A stretch of DNA of 32,000 nt, taken from Candidatus Iainarchaeum sp. (GTDB taxonomy: Archaea; Iainarchaeota; Iainarchaeia; Iainarchaeales; GCA-2688035). The stretch's first letter is position 1. Every line of letters begins with the position of its first letter. The position numbers and the translations under genes were made by a program. The notes below the pieces were generated by a model that made no database searches, was not told the DNA's origin, and was given only the letters and a program-made list of their open reading frames with translations. This document shows positions 31,800 to 32,000 of the stretch, piece by piece. The stretch is taken from the NCBI GenBank assembly GCA_028713935.1, contig JAQTNI010000009.1, positions 1 through 32,000 on the forward strand, read 5' to 3'.

Positions 31800-32000
31800 A
31801 TGAAAAAGCACTCTGCAGAGCAAACTAAGGTAAATGAACCAGTGAATAAAGCCGATGTTGTTTCTTTTTCTTCCGAAGATGCACAGAAAGAATTGCAGTG
31901 CATGCTATGCAGGCTTTTGCTTTCAAAGTATTCCGAGCTTATTAACGAGTCAGAGCGCAGGACAATAGGCGAAATAAAAGGCCTTGTCAATTCCGATGAC
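31800..32000 (+). CDS. Hypothetical protein, 5' part only (runs off window end)
   Basis: ATG at 31800, then 67 open codons to the window edge: MKKHSAEQTKVNEPVNKADVVSFSSEDAQKELQCMLCRLLLSKYSELINESERRTIGEIKGLVNSDD. Its composition is more protein-like than the antisense ORF 31715..31990. TATA-like ttttaaa lies ~30 nt upstream. Confidence 0.4.
   Translation, partial: MKKHSAEQTKVNEPVNKADVVSFSSEDAQKELQCMLCRLLLSKYSELINESERRTIGEIKGLVNSDD

Noticed and set aside
31715-31990. Minus-strand 91-aa ORF at the right edge
   Set aside because: It is S/C/F-rich and overlaps, antisense, a + strand frame that is open from ATG 31800 to the window end with more protein-like composition and a TATA-like box upstream.
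1-32000. Bacterial (for example CPR) origin of the contig, considered because of bacterial-type CoaD/CoaE and the TSP3/DWE-LamG modules; also rRNA/tRNA genes
   Set aside because: The pilins lack the bacterial G|F-T-L-I-E prepilin motif and instead carry archaeal DUF361-like Q+1 N-termini. The ATPase is FlaI-like. KaiC-like and beta-CASP (aCPSF-like) genes and TATA-proximal starts also fit archaea. The bacterial-looking parts are better explained as transfers. No cloverleaf-like or rRNA-like GC-rich structured segments were seen in the short intergenic regions.

Overview
This is a low-GC, homopolymer-rich prokaryotic window that is roughly 90% coding. The gene content points to a small-genome archaeon, probably DPANN-like; this is an inference. 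It rests on archaeal class III signal peptides with Q at +1 and E at +5, a FlaI/PilB-type ATPase, a split T2SSF platform, KaiC-like ATPases and a beta-CASP nuclease. It also rests on TATA-like boxes 20-35 nt upstream of first-gene start codons and frequent TTG/GTG starts behind GGTG-type SD sites. The dominant feature is a ~17 kb minus-strand type IV pilus locus of the Epd/Tad type (12766-29512). It holds six consecutive prepilin-like genes, an 820-aa coiled-coil/wHTH protein, the assembly ATPase and two platform proteins. Two of the prepilin-like genes encode 1150-aa and ~1480-aa multidomain adhesin-like proteins with LamG, vWA, FN3, TSP3-like Ca-binding repeats, Cys-rich modules and a possible TIM-barrel glycosidase-like domain. 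Three further paralogous short pilins (at 461, 9916 and 31032) are scattered around the locus. A toxin-antitoxin/abortive-infection islet lies between the 9916 pilin gene and the platform genes. It contains two HicBA pairs, an orphan PIN, an RHH protein and AbiEi/AbiEii, and a 50-bp perfect direct repeat brackets the AbiE module. The left part of the window holds a solo Cas4-family nuclease, a 440-aa coiled-coil protein, a KaiC-like ATPase with a Walker-A-less paralog, two paralogous GT4 glycosyltransferases and bacterial-type CoaE/CoaD. I recognised no rRNA, tRNA, CRISPR array, transposase, integrase or prepilin peptidase. All family calls come from motif recognition by eye, not from database searches.
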